Positions 1 to 9,720 of a DNA stretch of 64,000 bases are shown here, piece by piece. The translations under genes were made by a program, and so were the position numbers. Within the stretch, counting starts at the first letter, position 1, and each line of letters begins with the position of its first letter. Location of the stretch: NCBI GenBank assembly GCA_965243425.1, contig OZ251550.1:446579-510578 (forward strand), written 5' to 3'. Source of the stretch: Nitrospirales bacterium (GTDB lineage Bacteria; Nitrospirota; Nitrospiria; Nitrospirales; UBA8639). The notes below the pieces were generated by a model. That model ran no database searches and was not told the DNA's origin. It saw nothing but the letters and a program-made list of their open reading frames with translations.

Positions 1-15
1 TTAAAACTTGCGGGA

Positions 16-250
16 ATGACAGGGCACGCACTTGCGGAAATGACTGGGCACGCGGTTCCCTGTTTGACAGGGCAGACGGTTCCCTGTTTGACGGGGCACA
101 CGGTTCACGGTTCGACAGGGCATACGGTTCAACGTTTGACAGGGCAGACGGTTCCCTGTTTGACGGGGCACACGGTTCACTGTTCGATGGGGCAGACGGT
201 TCAACGTTTGACAGGGCAGACGGTTCACTGTTTGACAGGTTACACTTTTT
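16..250. repeat. 24-bp tandem repeat, about 9.5 head-to-tail copies (e.g. TGACAGGGCAGACGGTTCCCTGTT)
   Basis: Read directly. Units TGACAGGGCAGACGGTTCCCTGTT, TGACGGGGCACACGGTTCACGGTT and CGACAGGGCATACGGTTCAACGTT follow each other without spacers. Many units carry the short inverted repeat ACAGGG..CCCTGT. ORFs 1..228(-) and 16..264(+) are only periodic 8-aa translations of it. Confidence 0.85.
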
Positions 251-377
251 CCCGGTTTTCATGATCGACACGGCATTCATCCTTTCCTCAACGCGTATGG
301 TCAGACTGGTTTACAAAGGACGGCATTATACAAACCTCTCAGGGAGATTCCAACAATCCTTCAGTGCCGGGACGCCG

Positions 378-1592
378 TTATGAAGAGGGAGCACGGCCGG
401 GCCGGATCTGCCCGGGAAGCGGAAACGGCTCCGGTTTGCCGAATGGCAGGGTTTCTACGTAGAGCGAGGTTGAGGGGAAGGCAAACGCGGCACCGTGGCG
501 TTCGACGACGGTCTTGACTGTATAGGCCAGTCGTTCCTTACACGCCAACCATTCCTCCCATTCCGTGGTCCTGGTAAAACAATACAGCATGATGTCGATG
601 CTTGAGGCGCCGAAGGCATCCACGAAGACGAAGGTCTCCGTTCTGGAAGGGTCGAGTTCAAAGTCCCCGCTGACGTTCACATATTCCCCAATATCGTGAA
701 TGATCCCGCGCAGTTGGTCGTGCGTCGTGCGATATTCCACGCCGATGGTCCAATAAATTCTCCGATTGGTCATCCGAGAAAAATTCACGAGGGCTTCCCC
801 GGCCAACTTTCCGTTTGGAATGGTCACCAGGGCTTTGTCGAAGCGTCGGATTTTCGTAGCGCGAAAGCCGATGTCCTCCACGATCCCTTCCACGTCCGGC
901 GTGCGAATCCAATTATTCTTTTCGAACATCCGATCCAGAAAGATGGTCAACCCCGCGAATAAGTTGGCAATGAAATCTTTGGCCCCCAAGGCCACGGCCA
1001 TCCCGACGAGGCCCAAACTCCCCAGCACGGCCGCCACGTTAAACCCCCACTCCTGAAAGACGGCCGCGATCGCCAGGCAGATCACGATGAACTTGGCGAG
1101 TTTCACGAAAAAGCTTTTCATGGTATCGCGCATGCTCGAACTTCCCATCATGGCAATCCCGCGGTCCATGAACGAAGAAAGCGGATCAACGGCTCGAAAC
1201 AGCACCCAGAACAACGTCAGCGCGATCAGGGATCGAATGAGCTTGTCGAACGCCTCCCCGACGGGCGCGGACGTGGGGATGAGCTGACCCGCCGCGTAAA
1301 TCCCCACAACCACAAATCCGAATTCCAAGGGTTTTTCCACGGCGGCGAGCAAGAGATCATCCACCTCCGTTCTGGTTTTCCTGGTCACGTTGTGAAGCGA
1401 GGCCACCACGAACCGGAAAAAGACGCGGCGCAGCCCGAGAAACGCCAACAGCACGAAGACGGCCGCCACCACCTGGCCCAGACTGATCCCGAAGGCCCCC
1501 GTCTGCCAGACCACGGCCACGTGTTCACCAAATTCCGTCATCGCCTCACGCTTCTGCTCTCCAGCCCGATTCTCCGCACGCCCCCGTTCCAA
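378..1592 (-). CDS. Small-conductance mechanosensitive channel (MscS family)
   Basis: 404-aa ORF with N-terminal hydrophobic helices followed by an MscS-like core (GAKDFIANLFAGLTIFLDRMF, WIRTPDVEGIVEDIGFRATKIRRFDKALVTIPNGKL). An alternative ATG at 1541 (MTEFGE...) with GAGG upstream may be the true start. Confidence 0.85.
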   Translation of the reverse strand: MERGRAENRAGEQKREAMTEFGEHVAVVWQTGAFGISLGQVVAAVFVLLAFLGLRRVFFRFVVASLHNVTRKTRTEVDDLLLAAVEKPLEFGFVVVGIYAAGQLIPTSAPVGEAFDKLIRSLIALTLFWVLFRAVDPLSSFMDRGIAMMGSSSMRDTMKSFFVKLAKFIVICLAIAAVFQEWGFNVAAVLGSLGLVGMAVALGAKDFIANLFAGLTIFLDRMFEKNNWIRTPDVEGIVEDIGFRATKIRRFDKALVTIPNGKLAGEALVNFSRMTNRRIYWTIGVEYRTTHDQLRGIIHDIGEYVNVSGDFELDPSRTETFVFVDAFGASSIDIMLYCFTRTTEWEEWLACKERLAYTVKTVVERHGAAFAFPSTSLYVETLPFGKPEPFPLPGQIRPGRAPSS

Positions 1593-1599
1593 ACGCGGG

Positions 1600-2590
1600 C
1601 CTCACCATAATGAAAATTCTTCAGGAATGGCAAGAGAGTGGAGAGTGACGAGTGGAGAGCCGCAACCCGCAGGCGCATGGAACCACCCCCTCGTCATTCC
1701 CGACGTTGGTAATCGGGAATCCATCCCCGCAATCCGCAGGCGCATGGGACGAACGAGTGGTGAGTGGAGAGTGAAGAGTGGTGAGCCAGCAATCCGCACG
1801 CGTATGGAACCACTATGGATTCCCGATTAAAGATGTCGGGAATGACGCAACGACCGGCACGCACATGGAACGAACGAGTGGAGAGTGGTGAGTGACGAGT
1901 GGTGAGCAGAACCTGCACGCGCATGGAACCACCCCCTCGTCATTCCCGACGTTGGTAATCGGGAATCCATTGCCGCAACCCGCAGGCGTATGGAACGAAC
2001 GAGTGGCGAGTGACGAGTGGTGAGTGGTGAGCCAGCAACCCGCAGGCGTATGGAACCACCCCCTCGTCATTCCCGACGTTGGTAATCGGGAATCCATTGC
2101 CGCAACCCGCAGGCGTATGGAACGAACGAGTGGTGAGTGACGAGTGGTGAGTGGTGAGCCAGCAATCCGCAGGCGCACGGAACCACTATGGATTCCCGAT
2201 TAAAGATGTCGGGAATGACACAACGACCGGCACGTGCATGGAACGAACGAGTGGAGAGTGAAGAGTGGTGAGCAGAACCTGCACGTGCATGGAACCACCC
2301 CCTCGTCATTCCCGACGTTGGTAATCGGGAATCCATTGCCGCAACCCGCAGGCGCATGGAACGAACGAGTGGAGAGTGACGAGTGGAGAGTGGTGAGTCA
2401 GCAATCCGCAGGCGCACGGAACCACTATGGATTCCCGATTAAAGATGTCGGGAATGACGCAACGACCGGCACGTGCATGGAACGAACGAGTGGCGAGTGG
2501 TGAGTGAAGAGCAGAACCTGCACGTGCATGGAACCACTTCTCCACTCGCCACTCGCCACTCTCCACTGGCCCCTCGTTGACATTCTTCAA
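1600..2590. repeat. Higher-order repeat array, period about 122 bp, 7-8 units, built from hairpin elements and (GAGTGG)n tracts
   Basis: The hairpin GTCATTCCCGACGTTGGTAATCGGGAATCC starts at 1693, 1939, 2066 and 2305. Its variant GGATTCCCGATTAAAGATGTCGGGAATGAC starts at 1817, 2190 and 2429. Between them lie GCAA(C/T)CCGCAGGCG(C/T)ATGGAAC and GAGTGG(T/A)GAGTGACGAGTGG tracts. There are no unique spacers. Confidence 0.9.
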
Positions 2591-2682
2591 GCCGAATGCT
2601 TCAAATTGTGGCGACGGACACGGGGCGACCAGCAGGCCACGTGACGACGTCGGGGCATTGCACGCTTTATTGAGGAGACCCC

Positions 2683-3402
2683 GTGCCCACGAATCGACAA
2701 CGGCTTCCGAATCTCCGCACTTTGGATTGGGCGTTCATTGAAGAGTCGATTGTGACGAGCGGGCACGTTCACGTGCCGCGGATGCTCCACGCTTCGACGT
2801 GTCGGTCCTTGCGAACGCTGTACGATGACGATCGTCGTTTTCGATCCAGAATCGTGATGGCCCGCTATCAATTCGGACAAGGCGAGTACTCGTATTTTGC
2901 CTATCCATTGCCGGCGCCGGTTTCTCATTTACGCACCCGGCTGTACGCCGCTCTGGCGCCCATTGCCAATCGAATGATGGAACGGATGAACCGCCCCCAT
3001 CGGTATCCTTCCACCCTTGCGGCCTTTCGACACGCGTGTCGCCGTCAGGGACAGACGCAACCGACGCCCTTACTGCTCCGATACCACCGTGGCGATTTTA
3101 ATTGTCTGCACCGGGATCTCTATGGTCCGACGTTCTTTCCTCTTCAAGCCATGGTCATGTTGAGTCGCAAGAGCCACGAGTTTGAGGGAGGAGAATTTGT
3201 CCTCGTCGAAAACCGGCCGCGCCAACAATCCCGCGTCACCGTGTTGAATCCCGACCTTGGTGATCTGATTATTTTTCCGGTCTTTGAACGACCCGCTGCC
3301 GGACGCCGTGGAGTCACGCGCACGAACGTGCGTCACGGCGTGAGCCGCATTACCGCGGGTCACCGGTGCGTGCTGGGCATCATCTTTCACGATGCACGGT
3401 GA
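2683..3402 (+). CDS. 2OG-Fe(II) oxygenase superfamily protein
   Basis: 239-aa ORF with a GTG start. Candidate HxD...H iron triad (CLHRDLYG ... RHGVSRI) and EGGEFVLVE in a beta-helix-like context. The stop overlaps the next start (TGATG). Confidence 0.65.
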   Translation: MPTNRQRLPNLRTLDWAFIEESIVTSGHVHVPRMLHASTCRSLRTLYDDDRRFRSRIVMARYQFGQGEYSYFAYPLPAPVSHLRTRLYAALAPIANRMMERMNRPHRYPSTLAAFRHACRRQGQTQPTPLLLRYHRGDFNCLHRDLYGPTFFPLQAMVMLSRKSHEFEGGEFVLVENRPRQQSRVTVLNPDLGDLIIFPVFERPAAGRRGVTRTNVRHGVSRITAGHRCVLGIIFHDAR

Positions 3403-4610
3403 TGAACGCCGTCATTGCTCAGGATCAAACCGTGGTGCTGGGAGCCATCCTGGTGGCGGCGGCGTTCGTGGGTCTCCGGAGCGAACGGTACGCGTGGGGA
3501 GCCGCGTTGTCGGGTGCCGTCGTCACCATGCTGACCACGGTCGTCCTGTCAAACGTCGGCGTCCTGCCTTCCGCGGCGCCCGTCTACGACCTCGTGTGGA
3601 CCTATCTCGTTCCCGTGGCGATCCCGCTGTTGTTGTTGAAGGCCAATCTCTTTCGAATCGTGCGCGAAGCCGGCCCCACCCTGGTGGCCTTTGCGTTCGG
3701 CACCATCGGGACGGTGGTCGGCGTCCTCATCGCGTTTCACCTGATTCCGACGGGAGAGGAAGGCTGGAAACTGGCCGCGATTTTTGCCGCGACGTACATC
3801 GGCGGGTCCGTGAACTACGTGTCCACGGCAGAAGTCGTAGACATGCGTTCCGGCGACCTCCTCGCCGCCGGGGCCGCGGCGGATAATTTAACGATGACGA
3901 TCTATTTCCTCGTCCTGTTTGCGTTGGCGTCGATGAGATTCTTGCAGCAGACGTTTGCCACCGTGCCAACCCCCGCGTCCCCCGCGCCCACACGGGCACG
4001 TCCAAGCCACGTAGGGCCGCATCTCATGCGGCCATCCCCGCCCGCCGGGTCACAAACACGGCGCTCCGGCTTTTTGGGAGAATGGAGGCAACTGACGTTC
4101 ACGTCAACAAGTGTGGCCCTCCTGTTCGCCGTCGCGTGTTGCGTGACCGGGTACCGAGCGGCAGCGTGGCTGGGAACGCCGAGCAGCGGCATTCTGTTCG
4201 TCACGGCCCTGGTCGTGCTGGCCGCGACGACGTGCGGGCCTCAGCTTGATCGCCTGAGCGGAGCCGAAACCATCGGGATAGTCTTCATGCAAATCTTTTT
4301 TGCCACGATCGGCGCAACGGCAAACGTTGGCGTCGTGCTGACGGTAGGGCCTTGGCTCTTCGTGTACGCCGTCGTCATTGTCAGCGTCCATCTGGTCATC
4401 ATTCTGACGCTGGGGAAGATCGCCGGACTCAGCCTGCCCGATATTCTCGTCGCCTCCAATGCCAACATGGGCGGCCCGACCACCGCGGCCGCCATGGCGG
4501 CAGCCCGCCGGTGGGATGCCTTAGTCGTCCCCGCGATCGTATGCGGGACGCTCGGGTACGCCGTGGCGACGTTTCTGGGCGTGCTGATCGGAAGCGCGTT
4601 ACAAACGTGA
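3402..4610 (+). CDS. DUF819 family integral membrane protein
   Basis: Polytopic membrane ORF. The N-terminal region (VYDLVWTYLVPVAIPLLLLKANLFRI) and C-terminal region (NANMGGPTTAAAMAAARRW) match what I recall of DUF819. The ATG at 3402 overlaps the preceding stop by 1 nt. Confidence 0.7.
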   Translation: MNAVIAQDQTVVLGAILVAAAFVGLRSERYAWGAALSGAVVTMLTTVVLSNVGVLPSAAPVYDLVWTYLVPVAIPLLLLKANLFRIVREAGPTLVAFAFGTIGTVVGVLIAFHLIPTGEEGWKLAAIFAATYIGGSVNYVSTAEVVDMRSGDLLAAGAAADNLTMTIYFLVLFALASMRFLQQTFATVPTPASPAPTRARPSHVGPHLMRPSPPAGSQTRRSGFLGEWRQLTFTSTSVALLFAVACCVTGYRAAAWLGTPSSGILFVTALVVLAATTCGPQLDRLSGAETIGIVFMQIFFATIGATANVGVVLTVGPWLFVYAVVIVSVHLVIILTLGKIAGLSLPDILVASNANMGGPTTAAAMAAARRWDALVVPAIVCGTLGYAVATFLGVLIGSALQT

Positions 4611-4744
4611 CGGCGGGAACGCCACGGGCACGATCAGAAATTTCCATTTTCACGCGCAGTGGTGTACGATGATTTTCACAATGACACGTTTTTCTACGAA
4701 CGGCACGTTCCCATTACTCATAATCCTATGACAGGAGGCACACA

Positions 4745-5827
4745 ATGACCGGCAACACGAACACGCAGGACCGCCCGGGCGTCATCAACGATCTTCACCC
4801 TCGACGGACGCTGATTCTGGGACTCCTGCTGATGAGTCTGACCGCTCAGACCGCAATGGCCCAAACCCAGACGGCATTTCCGCTTCATCTCCCATCAGGC
4901 CTGGAACACGAGAAACTCGTGATCCCCGAGGATAACCCGCTCACCAAAGAAAAAGTGGAACTGGGAAAACTCCTGTTTTTTGATACACGGTTATCGGCCA
5001 ATGATACGATTGCCTGCGCAAGCTGCCACCTACCGGCCCTGGCCTTTACCGACGGGCAACCCGTTTCCACCGGCATTCATCAACAACGGGGGGGACGAAA
5101 TGCGCCGACCGCCGTCAATCGCGTCTTCAGCACGGCCCAATTCTGGGACGGCCGGGCCGCCACGCTCGAAGACCAATCCGTGGGCCCTTTCGTCAACCCC
5201 GTGGAGCACGGGTTTGCCGACCACGACGCCCTGGTGGCGAAAGTCAAGACGATTGCCGGCTACCACCCCCTCTTTGAACGCGCGTTCGGACCCGTTCCCA
5301 TCACGCTCGACCTGATCGGCAAAGCCATTGCCAGCTTTCAACGCACCCTGCTGTCCGGGAACAGCGCGTACGATCGATTCGTCGTGGAAGACGACGCGCA
5401 GGCGTTATCCGAAACGGCCCAAAACGGATTCCGCGTGTTCGTCGGAAAAGGGCGGTGTTTACACTGCCACTCCGGGTTCAATTTTACGAACGAGCGGTTT
5501 CATAATCTTGGCGTGGGATGGGATGACGAGCAACGCGACGTCGGCCGCTACGCCGTGACGAACAACGCTGAAGACCTCGGCGCGTTCAAAACGCCGACGC
5601 TGCGGGAAATCGCCCGAACCGCCCCGTACATGCACGACGGCAGCTTGGCGACCTTACAGCAGGTCATTGAGTTCTACGATCAGGGGGGCATCCCGAATCC
5701 GCATCTGGATTCCGCGGTCCAACCGTTGAATCTCACGGACCAGGAGAAGAAGGATTTACTTGAATTTCTCCATGCCTTGAACGGAGAAGGCTGGGAGGTC
5801 ACGCCGCCGACCGATTTCCCGAAGTAA
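4745..5827 (+). CDS. Di-haem cytochrome c peroxidase (CCP/MauG family)
   Basis: Signal-like N-terminus, two CxxCH motifs (CASCH, CLHCH), and the family blocks GRNAPT, FWDGRA, FKTPTLREI and PYMHDGS. Confidence 0.9.
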   Translation: MTGNTNTQDRPGVINDLHPRRTLILGLLLMSLTAQTAMAQTQTAFPLHLPSGLEHEKLVIPEDNPLTKEKVELGKLLFFDTRLSANDTIACASCHLPALAFTDGQPVSTGIHQQRGGRNAPTAVNRVFSTAQFWDGRAATLEDQSVGPFVNPVEHGFADHDALVAKVKTIAGYHPLFERAFGPVPITLDLIGKAIASFQRTLLSGNSAYDRFVVEDDAQALSETAQNGFRVFVGKGRCLHCHSGFNFTNERFHNLGVGWDDEQRDVGRYAVTNNAEDLGAFKTPTLREIARTAPYMHDGSLATLQQVIEFYDQGGIPNPHLDSAVQPLNLTDQEKKDLLEFLHALNGEGWEVTPPTDFPK

Positions 5828-5869
5828 CGGCACGGCGAGGGTTCGGGGGAACAAGCCGGCGCGTCAAGG

Positions 5870-6745
5870 TTATTTTTCAAACGCGCCGCTGAACCGTCCC
5901 TGGTACACTTCGGCCACCGGACCCGTCATCGTCAGGTTGTAGTGCGCGTCGACCGTGACGTGCAGCGTTCCGCCTGGGGCCACGACCGTGACCGGGCTGG
6001 TGACCAATTTCAAGCGCACGCCCGCGCAGGCCACCGCGCAGGCCGACGAACCCGACGCCTGCGTCTCTCCCACGCCGCGTTCCCAGATGAACGTGGAAAT
6101 GGTCTGCGGGCCAATGGGCACGGCCAGTTGCACGTTGGTGCGTTTTGGAAAGGTCGGATGGACTTCTAATTCGGGCCCCATGCGGAGCAGATCCTCCCGC
6201 GTCCAGGTCCCGCCCGCGGGCTTCAACAACACGCAATGGGGGTTGCCCACGCTGACGCCCGTAAAGCGCAAGGACTGCCCCACGGCTTTGATGGGTTGGC
6301 GGAGCAACTCCGGCGCCTTAATGGTACAGGGCAAATCACTCGGCCGAAACGAGGCCCGGCCCATCTCCACGGTCGCACCGTTGACCCGCCCCTTGCGATC
6401 AAACGCCAACGTCACGTGAACGACCCCGCCTTTCGTTTCAACGGAAAACGAACGGCGCCGCGTCCGTTTCGTGGCATAGAGGAAACAGCCGAAAATCCGC
6501 AACCCGTTGCCTGATTTTTCGGCTTCACTCCCGTCCGGGTTGAAAATGCGTAATCCGAAGTCCGCTTTTCTTGAAGGAACCAGGGCAACGATGCCGTCGC
6601 TGCCCACGCCCCAATGTCGATCACAGATCGCACGAATGGCTTTGGGGGTCAGCCGAAACGTCAACTGCCTGGGTTCAAGAGCAATGTAATCATTGCCCAG
6701 CCCGTGGCCTTTGAAAAACGAATTGAGGGTGGGTGATTTTTTCAT
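5870..6745 (-). CDS. dapF: Diaminopimelate epimerase
   Basis: 291 aa with an N-terminal FFKGHGLGNDYIAL block, GNPHCV, and a second catalytic-Cys region (ASGSSACAVA). Confidence 0.88.
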   Translation of the reverse strand: MKKSPTLNSFFKGHGLGNDYIALEPRQLTFRLTPKAIRAICDRHWGVGSDGIVALVPSRKADFGLRIFNPDGSEAEKSGNGLRIFGCFLYATKRTRRRSFSVETKGGVVHVTLAFDRKGRVNGATVEMGRASFRPSDLPCTIKAPELLRQPIKAVGQSLRFTGVSVGNPHCVLLKPAGGTWTREDLLRMGPELEVHPTFPKRTNVQLAVPIGPQTISTFIWERGVGETQASGSSACAVACAGVRLKLVTSPVTVVAPGGTLHVTVDAHYNLTMTGPVAEVYQGRFSGAFEK

Positions 6746-6900
6746 AACGTTAGACGCAAATGTACACGGAACGCCGTGCCGCGGTCAAAGGTCCGGACGG
6801 CTCCGGTCGTCACACTTTCCCGGTCGGGCATGATTGTGCTACATCCTTTCCCCACGTGGGTCTCCGCGAAGAGCAGAAGCCCGGGAGACGGAACGCAACG

Positions 6901-9720
6901 ATGAACCCGCACGACCAGGATTCGACTCATCACCACCTCTGTCTGGTGGATGGGTCCGGCTTCATCTTTCGAGCGTTCCACGCGCTGCCGGTGCTGACCC
7001 GACCCGACCGGACTCCCGTCAACGCCGTGCTCGGGTTCAGCAACATGTTGCTGAAACTGCTGGACGATCTGCAAGCCACGCATCTGGCCGTCATTTTCGA
7101 TTCGGCGCGGGAGTCGTTTCGGAATGAACTGGCTCCCGACTATAAGGCCAATCGCCCCGACCCGCCCGACGAACTCATTCCCCAATTTCCCCTGATTCGA
7201 GAGGCCACGCGCGCGTTCAACGTGGAATGTCTCGAAACGCCGGGCTTTGAAGCCGATGACCTGATCGCCACCTACGCACGACAAGCCGAAGCCGCGGGGA
7301 TGGACGTCAGCATCGTGTCCTCGGATAAAGATCTGATGCAGTTGGTTTCTGATCGAATCAGCATGTTCGACGCCATTAAAAATCGGAAAATCGGTCGAGC
7401 GGAAGTCAAGGAAAAATTCGGGGTGGGTCCCGAAAAAGTGGTGGACGTCCAAGCCCTGGCCGGCGATTCGACGGACAACGTGCCGGGAGTTCCGGGGATT
7501 GGGGTCAAAACCGCGGCCCTCCTCATTCACGAATACGGGGACCTGGATGCACTCCTGTCCCGAGCCGGAACAATCAAGCAACCGAAGCGACGGCAAAGCC
7601 TCATTGATTTTGCCGATCAAGCCAGACTCTCGCGGACCCTCGTTCGTTTACGAGACGACGTCCCCACGGACCTGACCGTGAACCAGTTACGACGACGAGA
7701 CCCTGATCCCCAGCGACTGCTGACCTTCCTCAATGAACAAGGATTCAAATCCCTCATGGCCAAAATCCAAAGCCGGATGGCGGCGTCCGGTGGGGACGGT
7801 CCGCAGACCGAAGGCGTCCCGACGCCTGATGGGCCGACCGCCACGCATTACGAACTGGTGCAATCCCACGCGGTCTTGCAGGATTGGATCACGCAAGCCC
7901 GGTACGGAGGCGTGGTGGCGATCAAAACCGAAACCACGTTGACGGACGAAAACCGGGCCGAACCGGTGGGACTGGCTCTGTGCGTGAGGCCCGGCCGTGC
8001 GTGCTACGTTCCCTTCGCCCATCGCCTGCCGGCCCCGGCGTCCGAATCGGATGACGCCGCTGAACCGGAGCACGCCGCTCACCCATGCGCACCGCTCGTC
8101 CAGATTCCCCTCGAAGAGGCACTCGATCTCCTACGGCCGCTCTTCGCCGACCCCGCGGTGCTCAAAATCGGTCATCACCTCAAAGACGACGTGGTGGTAC
8201 TGCAACGGTACGGCGTCACCCTCTCACCGGCGGACGACACCATGCTGATGTCCTACGTCCTTGACGGCGGCAGCCACGGCCACGGCCTGGATGAATTAGC
8301 CGAACGCCATTTCGGCCACGCGACGGTCACGTTCAAAGACGTCACCGGCACGGGTAAATCACACCGCACCTTCGACCTGGTCCCCCCGGAGGAAGCCCTG
8401 GCCTACGCCGCCGAAAACGCCGACGTGATCGTCCGGTTGCATCAGTTCCTCAAACCGCGCTTGCTGGCGGAACGAATGGTCACGACGTATGAGACGCTCG
8501 AACGGCCCCTTCTTGCCGTCCTGGCCGACGTGGAGGCCGCGGGCATCCGCGTTGACCGGGAGAAACTGGAGTCGCTCAGCCGAGAATTTGCAGCACGCCA
8601 AGCCACCCTGGAGCACGACGTGTACGACCTGGCCGGTCACACGTTCAACGTGGGGTCGCCCAAGCAACTGGGCGAAGTCCTGTTCGACGAAATGCGCCTG
8701 GAAGGCGGACAGAAGGGAAAATCCGGGGCCTATTCAACCGGCGCCGACGTCCTGGAAACCCTGGCGGCCGAGGGGCACGCACTCCCGGCAAAAGTCCTGG
8801 ACTGGCGACAACTCGACAAATTAAAACGCACGTATGCCGATGCCCTGGTTGAGCAGATCGACGCGCAAACCGGGCGAGTCCACACGTCCTTCGCCATGGC
8901 GGCGACCTCAACGGGCCGCCTGTCTTCGATTGATCCCAATCTGCAAAATATTCCCATTCGAACCGAAGACGGTCGAAAAATCCGGCACGCCTTCGTGGCC
9001 GAACCCGGCCGGCGTCTGCTGTCGCTGGACTACTCGCAAATAGAACTCCGTCTGCTCGCCCACGTGGCCGACGTCGGGACGCTCAAACAAGCGTTTCACG
9101 AAGGCCAGGACGTTCACGCCCTGACCGCCGGTCAACTGTTCGGCGTGGCCCCGGACGAGGTGGACCCGACCATGCGCCGGAAAGCCAAGGCCATCAACTT
9201 CGGCATCATCTACGGCATCAGCGCCTTCGGACTCGGGCGTCAATTAGGGATGACCAACGACGAAGCCGCGGCGTACATGCAAGCCTATTTTGCACGATAC
9301 CCGGGCATTCCGGAATACATGGACCGCACCAAACGATTCTGCCGCGAACGCGGATACGTGGAGACGCTCTTCGGTCGCCGATGCCACGTGCCGGGCATCC
9401 ACGACAAAAACGCCGTCCTTCGCAATTTTTCCGAACGGGCGGCCATCAATGCCCCGATCCAAGGCACGGCCGCCGACGTGTTGAAACGCGCCATGATTCG
9501 CGTCCCGCCGGCCCTGGCACGCCACCACCTCAAAGCAAAAGCCACCATGCTGTTGACGGTTCACGACGAATTGCTCTTTGAAGCGGACGCAGACGCCGTA
9601 GATCAGACGGCCGAAGTTGTCAAGCACGTCATGGAATCAGCCACCCTCCCCGCCCTCCAACTCTCCGTCCCCCTCACCGTAGACGTAAGACAAGGAACCT
9701 CCTGGGGAGAAGCCCATTAA
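6901..9720 (+). CDS. polA: DNA polymerase I
   Basis: 5'-3' exonuclease N-terminus (LVDGSGFIFRAFHAL), a 3'-5' exonuclease region, and polymerase motifs DYSQIELRLLAH, RRKAKAINFGIIYG and LTVHDELLFE. Start chosen at the ATG at 6901; the ORF opens at 6760. Confidence 0.95.
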   Translation: MNPHDQDSTHHHLCLVDGSGFIFRAFHALPVLTRPDRTPVNAVLGFSNMLLKLLDDLQATHLAVIFDSARESFRNELAPDYKANRPDPPDELIPQFPLIREATRAFNVECLETPGFEADDLIATYARQAEAAGMDVSIVSSDKDLMQLVSDRISMFDAIKNRKIGRAEVKEKFGVGPEKVVDVQALAGDSTDNVPGVPGIGVKTAALLIHEYGDLDALLSRAGTIKQPKRRQSLIDFADQARLSRTLVRLRDDVPTDLTVNQLRRRDPDPQRLLTFLNEQGFKSLMAKIQSRMAASGGDGPQTEGVPTPDGPTATHYELVQSHAVLQDWITQARYGGVVAIKTETTLTDENRAEPVGLALCVRPGRACYVPFAHRLPAPASESDDAAEPEHAAHPCAPLVQIPLEEALDLLRPLFADPAVLKIGHHLKDDVVVLQRYGVTLSPADDTMLMSYVLDGGSHGHGLDELAERHFGHATVTFKDVTGTGKSHRTFDLVPPEEALAYAAENADVIVRLHQFLKPRLLAERMVTTYETLERPLLAVLADVEAAGIRVDREKLESLSREFAARQATLEHDVYDLAGHTFNVGSPKQLGEVLFDEMRLEGGQKGKSGAYSTGADVLETLAAEGHALPAKVLDWRQLDKLKRTYADALVEQIDAQTGRVHTSFAMAATSTGRLSSIDPNLQNIPIRTEDGRKIRHAFVAEPGRRLLSLDYSQIELRLLAHVADVGTLKQAFHEGQDVHALTAGQLFGVAPDEVDPTMRRKAKAINFGIIYGISAFGLGRQLGMTNDEAAAYMQAYFARYPGIPEYMDRTKRFCRERGYVETLFGRRCHVPGIHDKNAVLRNFSERAAINAPIQGTAADVLKRAMIRVPPALARHHLKAKATMLLTVHDELLFEADADAVDQTAEVVKHVMESATLPALQLSVPLTVDVRQGTSWGEAH

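Noticed and set aside
1600-2590. Possible CRISPR array, given regularly spaced palindromic repeats
   Set aside because: The sequence between the hairpins is itself repeated unit to unit (GCAACCCGCAGGCG.ATGGAAC plus GAGTGG tracts), so there are no unique spacers. There are no cas genes. The same applies to the 9.7-10.7 kb, 15.0-15.5 kb and 50.9-51.2 kb clusters.
6742-7620. 292-aa ORF antisense to polA. Similar long antisense ORFs occur at 11807..12925, 35870..37000, 58009..58659, 59200..59820, 25351..26235, 26027..27001, 17193..18122, 62570..63691 and 30440..31117.
   Set aside because: Each fully overlaps a gene with strong family motifs on the other strand. Their translations are Arg/Gly/His-rich with no motifs, as expected for shadow ORFs in high-GC DNA.
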